DNA of 64,000 nucleotides from an uncultured Bacteroidaceae bacterium (lineage in GTDB: Bacteria > Bacteroidota > Bacteroidia > Bacteroidales > SM23-62), in contig CAVZPP010000002.1 of the NCBI GenBank assembly GCA_963777115.1, positions 841,741 to 905,740 on the forward strand, given 5' to 3'. The notes under the pieces were generated by a model. It worked only from the letters and a program-made list of their open reading frames with translations, did no database searches and had not been told where the DNA came from. The position numbers were made by a program, and so were the translations under genes. This document shows positions 19,043 to 28,852 of the stretch, piece by piece (the stretch's first letter is position 1; every line of letters begins with the position of its first letter).

Positions 19043-20380
19043 ATGGCCAAACAATCGATCTTGTTTTCCAGGGTAGTAAGTCCCTTTCAGCGCTTTTTCA
19101 AAATTGAGGCAGCCAGTGGTATACTTTTAATCATAGCTACTGTTGTTGCCATGATCTGGGCGAACTCCGGTTTGTCTGAGACCTATGACAAAATTGTGCA
19201 CTGGGAAATAACGGTGCAAGTGGGACAGGTATTCTATCTTTCGAAACCACTGATACTCTGGGTTAATGATGGACTAATGGCTATTTTCTTTTTTGTTGTT
19301 GGACTTGAAATCAAGCGTGAGATTCTGATCGGAGAGCTTTCAACCCCTCGTAAGGCTGCACTCCCCATCTTTGCTGCCATAGGAGGAATGCTTGTTCCCG
19401 CCCTGTTTTTTGTCATTTTTCAAGGAAAAAATCCGGGAGCCGAGGGATGGGGAATTCCCATGGCCACAGATATTGCATTCTCCCTGGGGATACTCAGCCT
19501 GCTGGGCAAACGAGTACCCCTTTCCCTGAAGGTATTTCTTGCCGCCTTTGCTATCGTCGATGACCTGGGTGCAGTGCTTGTTATCGCGGCATTTTACAGT
19601 GAATCTATTGGCTGGGATTACCTGATGATAGCCGGTGGTCTCTTTGTTCTGCTTGCATTCTCACTCAGAGTTGGGATGAGAAGCGGCGAAGTCTTCATGG
19701 TCGTAGGCGGGTTTGTCTGGTACTATGTGCTTAAATCGGGACTACACCCGACAGTGGCCGGAGTCATGCTGGCCTTTATTGTTCCTTTAAGAAGGAGCAT
19801 TAAACTGGGTGTTTTCAACAGGGTCATGAAAAGTAACCTGCTTCATTTCGGAGATTCTGAATCTGAGGATAAATTGCTTCTAAATAAGGAACAATTGCAT
19901 GCCATTGACAATATTGAAACCTACGTAGATAAAGTCCACAGTCCCTTGCAATACATTGAACACAAACTGCATGGCATAACATCATGGTTTGTTATGCCGG
20001 TTTTTGCCCTTGCCAATGCAGGAGTATTGCTTACTGCCCCGCTTGGAGAGCCTGTCATCGGTAAAATCTCCATAAATATTGCCATTGCGCTTGTAGCAGG
20101 AAAGGTAATAGGGATCATGCTGCTGACCTGGATTGGGGTTAAGCTGAAATTTACTGAGCTTCCCAAGGGGACCCGCTGGGTTCATTTTATTGGACTTGGT
20201 TTTCTTGGAGGAATAGGATTTACCATGTCCATGTTCATAAGCAGTCTTGCCTTCCAGGATGCCACCCTCCTGAACCATGCAAAAATAGGTATATTGATTG
20301 GCTCCCTGATCGCGGGTGTCGGCGGTTACCTGATCCTCAGGAAAACCCTTAAACCTTTACCTGAAGACGAAATTGAGTAA
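19043..20380 (+). CDS. nhaA: Na+/H+ antiporter NhaA
   Basis: NDGLMAIFFF, GWGIPMATDIAF, AIVDDLGA and GIGFTMS motifs. Confidence 0.95.
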   Translation: MAKQSILFSRVVSPFQRFFKIEAASGILLIIATVVAMIWANSGLSETYDKIVHWEITVQVGQVFYLSKPLILWVNDGLMAIFFFVVGLEIKREILIGELSTPRKAALPIFAAIGGMLVPALFFVIFQGKNPGAEGWGIPMATDIAFSLGILSLLGKRVPLSLKVFLAAFAIVDDLGAVLVIAAFYSESIGWDYLMIAGGLFVLLAFSLRVGMRSGEVFMVVGGFVWYYVLKSGLHPTVAGVMLAFIVPLRRSIKLGVFNRVMKSNLLHFGDSESEDKLLLNKEQLHAIDNIETYVDKVHSPLQYIEHKLHGITSWFVMPVFALANAGVLLTAPLGEPVIGKISINIAIALVAGKVIGIMLLTWIGVKLKFTELPKGTRWVHFIGLGFLGGIGFTMSMFISSLAFQDATLLNHAKIGILIGSLIAGVGGYLILRKTLKPLPEDEIE

Positions 20381-20470
20381 ATAAGGAGGAAGTATAATTT
20401 CCTGATGATAAATTAAAAAGAAGGATCACCCTTTCGGGGGAAGAATGGTCCATCCGGTAAATGGTGTAGA

Positions 20471-21178
20471 ATGAAAGAACATTTGATTGAACAGCTGAAT
20501 GAGAGATGGAGTGGGAAAGGACCCGAGGAGGTTCTGGCTTACTTTCTGAAAGAGTACCGGGGGAAGATCATTTTTGCTTCCAGCATGGGAGCGGAGGACC
20601 AGGTGCTGACAAAGATGATCGCGGATATAGACCGGGATACCCGAATGTTTACCCTGGATACGGGTCGCCTTTACCAGGAGACTTATGATCTTATCCAGCA
20701 TACCAATGAGGAGTACGGGCTGAATGTCGAGATATATTTTCCCGATTCCGGGGAAGTCCAGGATATGGTCGCCAGTAAAGGCATTAACCTGTTTTATAAA
20801 AGCATCGAAAACAGGAAACTCTGTTGCGATGTCCGTAAAAATAAATCCCTTCAGCGTGCGCTTTCAGGCATGGAGATATGGATATGCGGTTTGAGAAAAG
20901 ACCAGACCGTTACCCGATTTTTTAACAAACTCGTGGAGTGGGATGATAAGCATAAACTTATGAAGCTGAATCCCCTGATTCAGTGGACAGAAAAGCAGGT
21001 CTGGGATTACATCAGGGAATATGAGGTTCCTTATAACGTCTTACATGACAAAGGTTTTCCAAGTATTGGCTGCAAACCCTGTACACGAGCCATTCAGCCC
21101 GGTGAGGATTCACGTGCCGGAAGATGGTGGTGGGAAAACGCCGAGCATAAGGAATGCGGCCTGCATAACAGTGAATGA
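20471..21178 (+). CDS. cysH: (P)APS reductase with [4Fe-4S] Cys motifs, so probably an APS reductase
   Basis: LDTGRL, CCDVRK, SIGCKPCT, RAGRWWWE and KECGLH motifs. Confidence 0.92.
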   Translation: MKEHLIEQLNERWSGKGPEEVLAYFLKEYRGKIIFASSMGAEDQVLTKMIADIDRDTRMFTLDTGRLYQETYDLIQHTNEEYGLNVEIYFPDSGEVQDMVASKGINLFYKSIENRKLCCDVRKNKSLQRALSGMEIWICGLRKDQTVTRFFNKLVEWDDKHKLMKLNPLIQWTEKQVWDYIREYEVPYNVLHDKGFPSIGCKPCTRAIQPGEDSRAGRWWWENAEHKECGLHNSE

Positions 21179-21210
21179 TCTAAACGGATTTAGCTGTGTA
21201 GACAGGATTT

Positions 21211-22386
21211 TTACTGAATCACCCCTGATCCTATCACTTCATCGTCTTCATACCAGGAGGCAAACTGCCCGGGAGTAATTCCCCGCTGTGATTTTTCAAA
21301 AATGATATAAAGACATTCTTCTTCCATGAAGAGGGTTCCCTTCTGAAGGGGTTGCCGGTAACGTATACGTATACTGAAATCTTTTGATTCTCCGGGAATC
21401 ATTTTCAGGTCATCCCTTACCCAGTGTACATCCTCTTTCTGAATCACCAATCCCCTGCGATAAAGTCCCGGATGCCCCTTTCCTTCACCAGTATAAATGA
21501 TATTTTTCCTGGTATCGGTCCCTATAATAAAAAGAGGTTCCTTTTTTCCTCCGATATTCAGTCCCTTTCTCTGTCCAATGGTATAATAATGAGCCCCGTT
21601 ATGGGTTCCAATAATTATCCCGTCTCCAGGCTCATAATCCCAGGACTGTGAAAGATAATCAGGATCCTTATTGCCTTGGTCAAAATTGAGATAACCGGTA
21701 AACCTTTTAGGGATTTCAATAACATCTCCCTTTATGGGTTCAAGCTTTTGCTGCAAAAAGGTGGGAAGGTCCACCTTGCCTATAAAACAAATCCCCTGGG
21801 AATCTTTTTTATTGGCGGTGGGAAGATTTTGTTCTGCAGCAATCTCCCTCACTCGTTCTTTTGGAAGATCACCAATGGGGAATAAAATCCTGGATAGCTG
21901 GGCCTGATTGAGCTGGCAGAGAAAATAGCTCTGCTCCTTATTGGGGTCAAGGCCTGCCAGCAATCGATGGTAGGTATTCCCGTTTTTTTCCAGGCTCACC
22001 CTTCTGCAATAGTGACCGGTTGCTACAAAATCCGCCTTGTATTGATCCGCGACTTTAAAAAATTCATCAAACTTGATCTCACGGTTACAAAGAACATCCG
22101 GATTGGGTGTACGACCATTCTGGTATTCATTGAACATATAATCGATAACCCTTGTTTTGTAGACTTTACTGAGATCGGCACTATGGAATTCAATATCCAG
22201 CTTCTTTGCAACCAGCTGTGCAAATACAAGATCATCTTTCCAGGGACAATCTCCTTCAAGGGTACCTGTCTTATCGTGCCAGTTGATCATAAATACCCCT
22301 ATTACTTCATATCCCTGCTCTTTTAGCAGATATGCAGCAACACTGGAATCAACTCCCCCAGAAAGTCCAACAACTACTCTTTTCAT
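21211..22386 (-). CDS. mnmA: tRNA 2-thiouridine(34) synthase
   Basis: GLSGGVDSSVAA, TPNPDVLCNREIKF, ATGHY, SQGICF and TPGQ motifs. Confidence 0.97.
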   Translation of the reverse strand: MKRVVVGLSGGVDSSVAAYLLKEQGYEVIGVFMINWHDKTGTLEGDCPWKDDLVFAQLVAKKLDIEFHSADLSKVYKTRVIDYMFNEYQNGRTPNPDVLCNREIKFDEFFKVADQYKADFVATGHYCRRVSLEKNGNTYHRLLAGLDPNKEQSYFLCQLNQAQLSRILFPIGDLPKERVREIAAEQNLPTANKKDSQGICFIGKVDLPTFLQQKLEPIKGDVIEIPKRFTGYLNFDQGNKDPDYLSQSWDYEPGDGIIIGTHNGAHYYTIGQRKGLNIGGKKEPLFIIGTDTRKNIIYTGEGKGHPGLYRRGLVIQKEDVHWVRDDLKMIPGESKDFSIRIRYRQPLQKGTLFMEEECLYIIFEKSQRGITPGQFASWYEDDEVIGSGVIQ

Positions 22387-22448
22387 CGATCAAAAATAAG
22401 GAATATGGTTTGCTAAAGAAATTTAATGAATGCTTTCAGCTACCTGGT

Positions 22449-22970
22449 TTAGTCCAGTTCTTTCAGCCTCGCAGCGATCTGATCAGCGGCTAAAATATTT
22501 GCCACAATGGCCCATGATGTATCTGAACCATAGCCCTGTAATTTGGCAATAAGTATTTTTTTGCGGTCTTCTATGGCCCCTTTATCTGCAACGGCTTTCT
22601 TAATTTCCCGAAGTTGTGACCCGGTAAGCTCATCTTTCAGGGCCGTCATTAATATCTCAAATGATATGTAATCAGAAATTGCTTCTGGCAAGCCAAAAGT
22701 TTCCAGTTCTATAATGGCTTCTTCCAAAACCTCCTTTCCAAGTTTTCTGCAGGCTTCCATTGAATTGGTATAGCCTGTTTCATCCCTCAGAACCCAGCTT
22801 CCCTGGTCGTATTTGATCTTCTCAATGGCTTCGATCTTTTTATTATTTTGACCAAAAATGCGTTCCAGAAGCAGTTCTGTAAAATTCTTCCAGGCATTCA
22901 GGTCAAATTCTTTCTCTTCAAGTTTCAGTATCTGTGCCTTCAGGACCTCTATGGATTTTTTTGGATTCAT
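22449..22970 (-). CDS. Hypothetical alpha-helical protein
   Basis: Clean ORF with typical composition; no family recognised. ATG at 22970 is preferred. Confidence 0.7.
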   Translation of the reverse strand: MNPKKSIEVLKAQILKLEEKEFDLNAWKNFTELLLERIFGQNNKKIEAIEKIKYDQGSWVLRDETGYTNSMEACRKLGKEVLEEAIIELETFGLPEAISDYISFEILMTALKDELTGSQLREIKKAVADKGAIEDRKKILIAKLQGYGSDTSWAIVANILAADQIAARLKELD

Positions 22971-23110
22971 TGCTGTAGTGATGACTTTCAAACGTCTGTA
23001 TAAATTTAAGAATTAATTCGGGATTTAGGAGATGCTAATCCTCAACATACCTCCGCCGCCTTTCAGCGAGTTCCTCCTGGTAGAATTTCTTTTCAATTAG
23101 AATGAGCCTG

Positions 23111-23131
23111 AAAAAACTGGCAGAAGCCAGT
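23111..23131 (-). terminator. Intrinsic terminator
   Basis: On the minus strand, ACTGGC-ttct-GCCAGT followed by a T run, right after the stop of the gene ending at 23134. Confidence 0.6.
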
Positions 23132-23133
23132 AT

Positions 23134-24462
23134 TCATCGTTTCATCATCAACTGGTCGCATTTGATGAGCATGCGGTTGGCCCAGGTGGAATCCCTGCCC
23201 GGGGGTATTTCAGGCATTCCTGAAACAGCTGCCTTATATTCCTCAAAAACTTCCCTGGCCTGTCCGACCTCACCGAGCCGGATCAGTATCAGACCCTTCT
23301 CGGCCAGAGCTTCTACAAAGTCGAAATCATTCATGGCAAGGGCCTTATTAATCAGCTGAAGCGCTTCAAGATTGCTTTCAGGTGTATTTGACATGGACCT
23401 TGTAAGTTTGGCCTTGAGAAGGTAATCTTCCTCGTTGGCGATGCCAAGTTTAAAAACCCGGTTCATGTAGAACATGGATTTATCATAATTATTCCAGTGG
23501 TATTCCTGCCAGGCAGTAAGGGACAGGATGGAGGATATGTATATGTTATATTCCTTGTGTGGCAGATATTCAAATCCTTCCCGGCTTTCCATGACTTTGA
23601 TGTATTCCGCTCCCAGGTATTTTGCCTGTGATTCCTGTTCTGCATTAAAATTAGAACCTGAAGATCTTATTATGGCATCTGAAATAGCCGCTGATGATAG
23701 TCCCGCAAGCACCACATCCCCCACATTAAAATTAGTGCCATACTGTATATTGGCAAATTCCATGGCGACAGCCGAAGCAATGGTAGCAAAAGCCGACCAG
23801 AATTCTGCGGAACGCTGGCTGTGGACCTCGTAATTCAGGTTCATCAGGTTATGATCCAGAACAATATGTGCTGTTAGTTTGGAAAAAACTTCCAGTAATT
23901 CCTTTTCCGTATTTGTTTTTGCGATTTGTCCGGTTGTAATTACAATGGTGCCATTATCAAAAACAAAGGATTCGGGCCTATTGGCCCTGATCATTAAAAT
24001 ATTCAGTCTTGCCGGTTCAGCCTTGATTAAGGGATCCGGATGAACCAGGTACACCAGTTGTCGGAGATAATCCTCCAGGTATTCATCTCTGAATACCAAT
24101 CCATTGATCTCCATCTGTGATGCATATTCGTAATAATCATTTCTGAGAACAACGCGAAGGTCATTCTGCCAGCCATTGGATCGGATATGGGCAGCCTGGT
24201 TTCGGAGCCAGACCTGTTGCCAGTACCCCATATTATCATCCAGCAGGCGTATTTTTTTGGCGGAGACATATTTATCACCGTATCCGCTCCTGATCAGGTA
24301 GGTTTCCCCACCTGATTTTTCCTTGTAACCATATATGTTTATCGTGTCGCCAGCTTTGAATTCATCAATCTTTTTAAGGGCGACTCCCTGAATGGGTTGC
24401 TGTGCAGAAATATTCCATTGGTAAACCAGGATTAATATTCCCGTAAGGATAAGTTTTTGCAT
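23134..24462 (-). CDS. Secreted M48-peptidase-like/TPR protein with a degenerate zinc site
   Basis: Signal peptide from ATG 24462; M48-like segment PESFVFDNGTIVITTG..EKEL..FSKLTAH....H; C-terminal TPRs. Confidence 0.7.
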   Translation of the reverse strand: MQKLILTGILILVYQWNISAQQPIQGVALKKIDEFKAGDTINIYGYKEKSGGETYLIRSGYGDKYVSAKKIRLLDDNMGYWQQVWLRNQAAHIRSNGWQNDLRVVLRNDYYEYASQMEINGLVFRDEYLEDYLRQLVYLVHPDPLIKAEPARLNILMIRANRPESFVFDNGTIVITTGQIAKTNTEKELLEVFSKLTAHIVLDHNLMNLNYEVHSQRSAEFWSAFATIASAVAMEFANIQYGTNFNVGDVVLAGLSSAAISDAIIRSSGSNFNAEQESQAKYLGAEYIKVMESREGFEYLPHKEYNIYISSILSLTAWQEYHWNNYDKSMFYMNRVFKLGIANEEDYLLKAKLTRSMSNTPESNLEALQLINKALAMNDFDFVEALAEKGLILIRLGEVGQAREVFEEYKAAVSGMPEIPPGRDSTWANRMLIKCDQLMMKR

Positions 24463-24648
24463 GGATGGTTTCAGTAGCTTGGTTTCGGAATAAATAATCG
24501 CAAATTTCAAGCCAAAAACCTTGAAATCCCGAGGATTAACTCCGGTATTGATGAAAAGTTAATATAATAAATATACGAAATCGCATTTACAGAACGGGAA
24601 GCGTCTATTTTTATGTAAGTTTATTGGACCAAATCAAACCCTTAGAAA

Positions 24649-27600
24649 CTGTCCGGTCTCACCATATATAGAGCATCAGCTGGATCCGGTAAAACCTACA
24701 CACTGGCCCGGGATTTCATTAACCTTGTCATTACGGATCCGGAATTGTATAAGCATATATTGGCCGTAACTTTTACCAACAAGGCAACGGATGAAATGAA
24801 AAACAGGATCCTGGAGGAATTGCATAATCTTTCTTCCGGAGAAGGTTCACCCATGATGGATTTTATAGCCTCCGAGAATGATTTCTCAGAATCGGAAGTT
24901 TCGGGCAGGGCAGCATTAATCCTGGAATCTATCCTGCATAATTATTCCCGCTTCCATATCGAAACCATAGACCGGTTTTTTCAAAGGGCGATACGGGCCT
25001 TTACAAGGGAAATTGGACTGTCCGGAGGATACCAGATTGAACTGGATTCGGAACGTATCCTGTCCGAAGCAATTGATGAGATGCTGATGGAACTCGACCA
25101 GGAGCCCGGACTTCTGAATTGGTTCGTGGAGTTTGCAAGGGACAAAATACAAGAAGGTAAGCACTGGAACCTGAAGCGGGATCTCCTTTTACTGGGTAAG
25201 GAGTTGAACAAGGAGCGTTTCCAGGTGGGAAGCACCAAACTTATTAAACAACTGGAAAACAAAGAGGAATTTTCTTCATTCCAGGGAGAGTTGATGCAAA
25301 TCAGGTTCAAGTTTGAGAACAGCCTGAAAGATCTGGCAGGGAAGGCGGTCAGGATAATGGAATCGGAGGGATTAAGCCCGGGTAGTTTAAAGGGACAATG
25401 GGGGGTAGGGTACTTTTTTAAAAAATTGCTTGATAATAAGTTTGATTATCCCAGCAAAACTGTATTGAAGGCAGTTGATGAACCTGAGGAATGGTATACA
25501 AAAACCTCTCCCGATATTGACAGGATAAAATCCGCCTATCAAAATGGAATGAATGATCTTCTGAAAAGCTGTATAGGGCAGTTTGAGAGAGATTACAGGA
25601 AGTACAGATCGGCCGAAGCTGTGCGCAGTTTTCTGTATACTCTTGGAATCCTGACCGATATTTCCAGGCGAATGAAGACCGTGGCTGAATCACAGGGGAT
25701 ATTTCTGCTCTCCGATGCATCCCGCTTTCTAAACGGAATTATTGCTGAGAATGATGCACCATTTGTTTATGAGAAAATCGGGAATTATTTCCATCATTTT
25801 ATGATTGATGAGTTCCAGGATACTTCCGGATTACAATGGAAGAACTTCAGGCCACTTATTGAGAACAGCCTTGCATATAATAGGAAATGCCTGGTCGTAG
25901 GAGATGTAAAACAATCCATATACAGGTGGAGAAACAGCGACTGGGAGATATTGTCGGAACAAATTCAGCAGGAATTCCATCCCGGACAGCTGAACATGCA
26001 GGGACTGAAGTATAATTGGAGGAGCCTTGAAAATGTAGTGAGCTTTAATAATGAATTTTTCAAGCATGCCCGAGAAATATTTCACTCCTTTTTCAGTGAT
26101 GAAAGCGGTGATGGAAGCGGTGATGAGGGCGGTGATGAAAGCTTTTATGCTGGGAAAGTAAACAGGGCCTATTCCGAAGTAAACCAGGAGGTTCCTGGTA
26201 CAGGTGGGAAAGAAGGAGGTCATATTAAGGTTTCTGTTGTTCCGGATCCAGGGGAAGGGAGCTGGAAAGATATTGCAGATATCCAGGTGATCAATCATAT
26301 TGAAGCTCTACAGGAGTCCGGTATTGCTCCCTCAGAAACAGTTATTCTTGTCCGAAGTAAAAGGGATGGTAAAAGGATTGCCGATGCCATCCTGCAATAT
26401 AAAAGCATTCATCCTGATTCGACCTATAAGTTCGATGTGATTTCCAATGAATCCCTGTATTTGTATAATTCCATTTCTGTAAGGATTCTTGTGAATGCCC
26501 TGAGATTTCTTGTATCACCGGAAGACAGGGTAAATCTTGCAGGTTTAATATTTGACTATAATATTTTTTCGGGACAGATCTCACCGGAGGACGGTACCCT
26601 GGATAAAATTATGAGGGGTATAAGGAAGGGGGAGTCACCTGCGCTTCCTGAAGGATTTCTCGATGAATCACTCAGGTATCTGACCTTAACCGAGATGACG
26701 GAAAGGATTATTTCCCATTTTTCATTGGCGTCTCAGGATTCGCAAACTCCCTATATTCTTGGATTTCAGGATCTTGTATTGAATTACTGCAGGGGAGGAG
26801 CCGCGGATATTAATTCATTCCTCAATTGGTGGGATGAGAATGGGGAAGAAAAATCCCTGGCAGTTTCAGAGGATCAGGAGGCTATTCAGGTGATGACAAT
26901 TCACAAGGCAAAGGGACTTGAATTTAAGGCAGTTATTATCCCGTATTGTAACTGGAGCTTTGATCACCGTTCACCCCATCCGGAAATCCTCTGGTGCAGT
27001 CCATCTGAACAACCATTTGAGAAACTCAGCCTTCTGCCAATTCAATATTCCTCCTCCCTTAAGGAAACCATATTTAAGGAAGAGTATGCGGAAGAAAGAT
27101 TTCGGGTCTATATGGACCATCTCAATTTACTCTATGTCGCATTTACCAGGGCCAGGGAAAGCCTTGCCGTTTGGACTCCAGGAGCGAAAAAAGAGGATAA
27201 ATTTACGGATGTTTCAGCCCTCATAAGAAGGATATTGAATGCAGAAGCCTTTCCTGGTGGGAAATGGGATAAGGAAGGCTCTAAATGGACTCATGGTGAT
27301 TTTTCCTTTTCACCTTCAGTCCAATTTGCAAGGGATCAGGTCATTCTCAGCAATCTGTCAAGTCATGAATTCAGTGGCAAATTGAAACTCATGTACAGGG
27401 GAACAGACTTTTTTGATTCGGATGCAGAGCAGAGGGTCCATTACGGAACTCTAATGCATGAAATATTTGCCAGGATCCGGACTGCTGAGGACATTGAACA
27501 AGCACTCGAATCCATTAGCCGGGAAGGAATGATAGACAGAAAAAAGGCAGAACTTTTAAAACCAGAGATAAACCGACTGATGCAGGTAGATATGGTGAGG

Positions 27601-27855
27601 GACTGGTTTGATGGTAGCTGGAGGGTTATTGCAGAGCAGGATATTCTGACCCGGGATGGCTCTGTTAAAAGGCCTGACAGGGTTATGTTGAAATCCGATA
27701 AGGTGATCGTGGTAGATTATAAGTTTGGCAGGCAAAAATCCACCGGACATAAAACCCAGGTGAGGAAATATGCCGACATTTTGAAACAGATGAAATACAA
27801 AGAGGTAAAAGGATTTCTCTGGTATGTAAATCTGGGGGAAATAGTAGAAGTATAA
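24649..27855 (+). CDS. UvrD-type helicase-nuclease (AddA-like), probable CTG start
   Basis: Walker A (IYRASAGSGKT) lies in frame upstream of the track ORF; also TFTNKAT, IDEFQDTS, VGDVKQSIYRWR, TIHKAKGLEF, YVAFTRA and C-terminal RPDR..DYK nuclease. Confidence 0.9.
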   Translation: MSGLTIYRASAGSGKTYTLARDFINLVITDPELYKHILAVTFTNKATDEMKNRILEELHNLSSGEGSPMMDFIASENDFSESEVSGRAALILESILHNYSRFHIETIDRFFQRAIRAFTREIGLSGGYQIELDSERILSEAIDEMLMELDQEPGLLNWFVEFARDKIQEGKHWNLKRDLLLLGKELNKERFQVGSTKLIKQLENKEEFSSFQGELMQIRFKFENSLKDLAGKAVRIMESEGLSPGSLKGQWGVGYFFKKLLDNKFDYPSKTVLKAVDEPEEWYTKTSPDIDRIKSAYQNGMNDLLKSCIGQFERDYRKYRSAEAVRSFLYTLGILTDISRRMKTVAESQGIFLLSDASRFLNGIIAENDAPFVYEKIGNYFHHFMIDEFQDTSGLQWKNFRPLIENSLAYNRKCLVVGDVKQSIYRWRNSDWEILSEQIQQEFHPGQLNMQGLKYNWRSLENVVSFNNEFFKHAREIFHSFFSDESGDGSGDEGGDESFYAGKVNRAYSEVNQEVPGTGGKEGGHIKVSVVPDPGEGSWKDIADIQVINHIEALQESGIAPSETVILVRSKRDGKRIADAILQYKSIHPDSTYKFDVISNESLYLYNSISVRILVNALRFLVSPEDRVNLAGLIFDYNIFSGQISPEDGTLDKIMRGIRKGESPALPEGFLDESLRYLTLTEMTERIISHFSLASQDSQTPYILGFQDLVLNYCRGGAADINSFLNWWDENGEEKSLAVSEDQEAIQVMTIHKAKGLEFKAVIIPYCNWSFDHRSPHPEILWCSPSEQPFEKLSLLPIQYSSSLKETIFKEEYAEERFRVYMDHLNLLYVAFTRARESLAVWTPGAKKEDKFTDVSALIRRILNAEAFPGGKWDKEGSKWTHGDFSFSPSVQFARDQVILSNLSSHEFSGKLKLMYRGTDFFDSDAEQRVHYGTLMHEIFARIRTAEDIEQALESISREGMIDRKKAELLKPEINRLMQVDMVRDWFDGSWRVIAEQDILTRDGSVKRPDRVMLKSDKVIVVDYKFGRQKSTGHKTQVRKYADILKQMKYKEVKGFLWYVNLGEIVEV
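26098..26142 (+). repeat. 12-nt imperfect tandem repeat (DESG/DGSG/DEGG linker) in the helicase
   Basis: gatgaaagcggt gatggaagcggt gatgagggcggt gatgaaagc. Confidence 0.6.
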
Positions 27856-28808
27856 TGAAGGAGGAAGGATTATATAGCTGGGGAAATACACGAAGGTTTA
27901 ACGCCTACTCAGATTACTTTAAAAGTAATTTTGGAGGACGTATTCAGAAGCTTAGCCTGGATGCGGGTTTTACCTGTCCCAACCGGGATGGTTCCAAAGG
28001 CAGGGGAGGTTGTAGCTTTTGTAATAATAATGCTTTCAAACCATCTTACTGTGAGCCTGTTAAATCCATCTCCCAGCAGATTGATGAGGGCATGGAATTT
28101 CATCAAAAGCGCTACCCCAGAACCCGGGGCTACCTTGCTTATTTCCAGGCTTATTCCAATACCTATGGATCCATTGGGGATCTGAAATCAAAATACAATG
28201 AAGCCCTTAATAAGCCGGAAGTAATCGGATTGGTAATAGGCACAAGACCGGACACAGTGGATGAGGAGATACTTGATTATATCTCAGAACTGGCGAGGGA
28301 ACATTATGTCATAGTTGAATATGGACTGGAGTCCTGTTACAATAACACCTTAAAGAGGGTAAACAGGGGACATACATTTGAAGAATCTCTGAAGGCAATA
28401 GAAATGACTGCCGCAAGAAAGATCAGGCAGGGTGCCCATTTTATTATCGGCCTCCCGGGAGAGTCTGAGTCTGCTATTTTAGAACAGGCTGATATCATCT
28501 CTGGCCTGCCCATTCAGAACGTCAAGTTCCACCAGCTACAAATTGTAAAAGATACCGGTATGGCTAAGGAATTTGCGGCCAATCCATCTGAATTCAGAAT
28601 GTTTACCCTGGATGAGTACCTTGTACTAATGGCAAAGTTTCTTGAAAGACTCAATCCGGACTTCGTTGTGGAGAGGATTGCAGGAGAGGTGAATCCGAGT
28701 TTTTTACTGAGCAATACCTGGGGACTCAGGTATGATCAGGTGTTAGAAAAGTTTGAGAAGTTGCTGGCAGAAAGAAATACCTGGCAGGGAAAAAAATATC
28801 AAGAATAG
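27855..28808 (+). CDS. TIGR01212 (YhcC/YtqA-like) radical SAM protein
   Basis: DAGFTCPNRDG...GCSFC, YFQAYSNTY, GTRPD and VKFHQLQIVK motifs. Confidence 0.92.
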   Translation: MKEEGLYSWGNTRRFNAYSDYFKSNFGGRIQKLSLDAGFTCPNRDGSKGRGGCSFCNNNAFKPSYCEPVKSISQQIDEGMEFHQKRYPRTRGYLAYFQAYSNTYGSIGDLKSKYNEALNKPEVIGLVIGTRPDTVDEEILDYISELAREHYVIVEYGLESCYNNTLKRVNRGHTFEESLKAIEMTAARKIRQGAHFIIGLPGESESAILEQADIISGLPIQNVKFHQLQIVKDTGMAKEFAANPSEFRMFTLDEYLVLMAKFLERLNPDFVVERIAGEVNPSFLLSNTWGLRYDQVLEKFEKLLAERNTWQGKKYQE

Positions 28809-28852
28809 ATATGAGGAAATATCATGGTCAGATATATGATTAAAGGGGGAAT

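Noticed and set aside
23032-23100. Minus-strand coding-like fragment LIEKKFYQEELAERRRRYVED*
   Set aside because: Too short, no start codon, and it lies downstream of a terminator. It could be a gene tail but cannot be supported.
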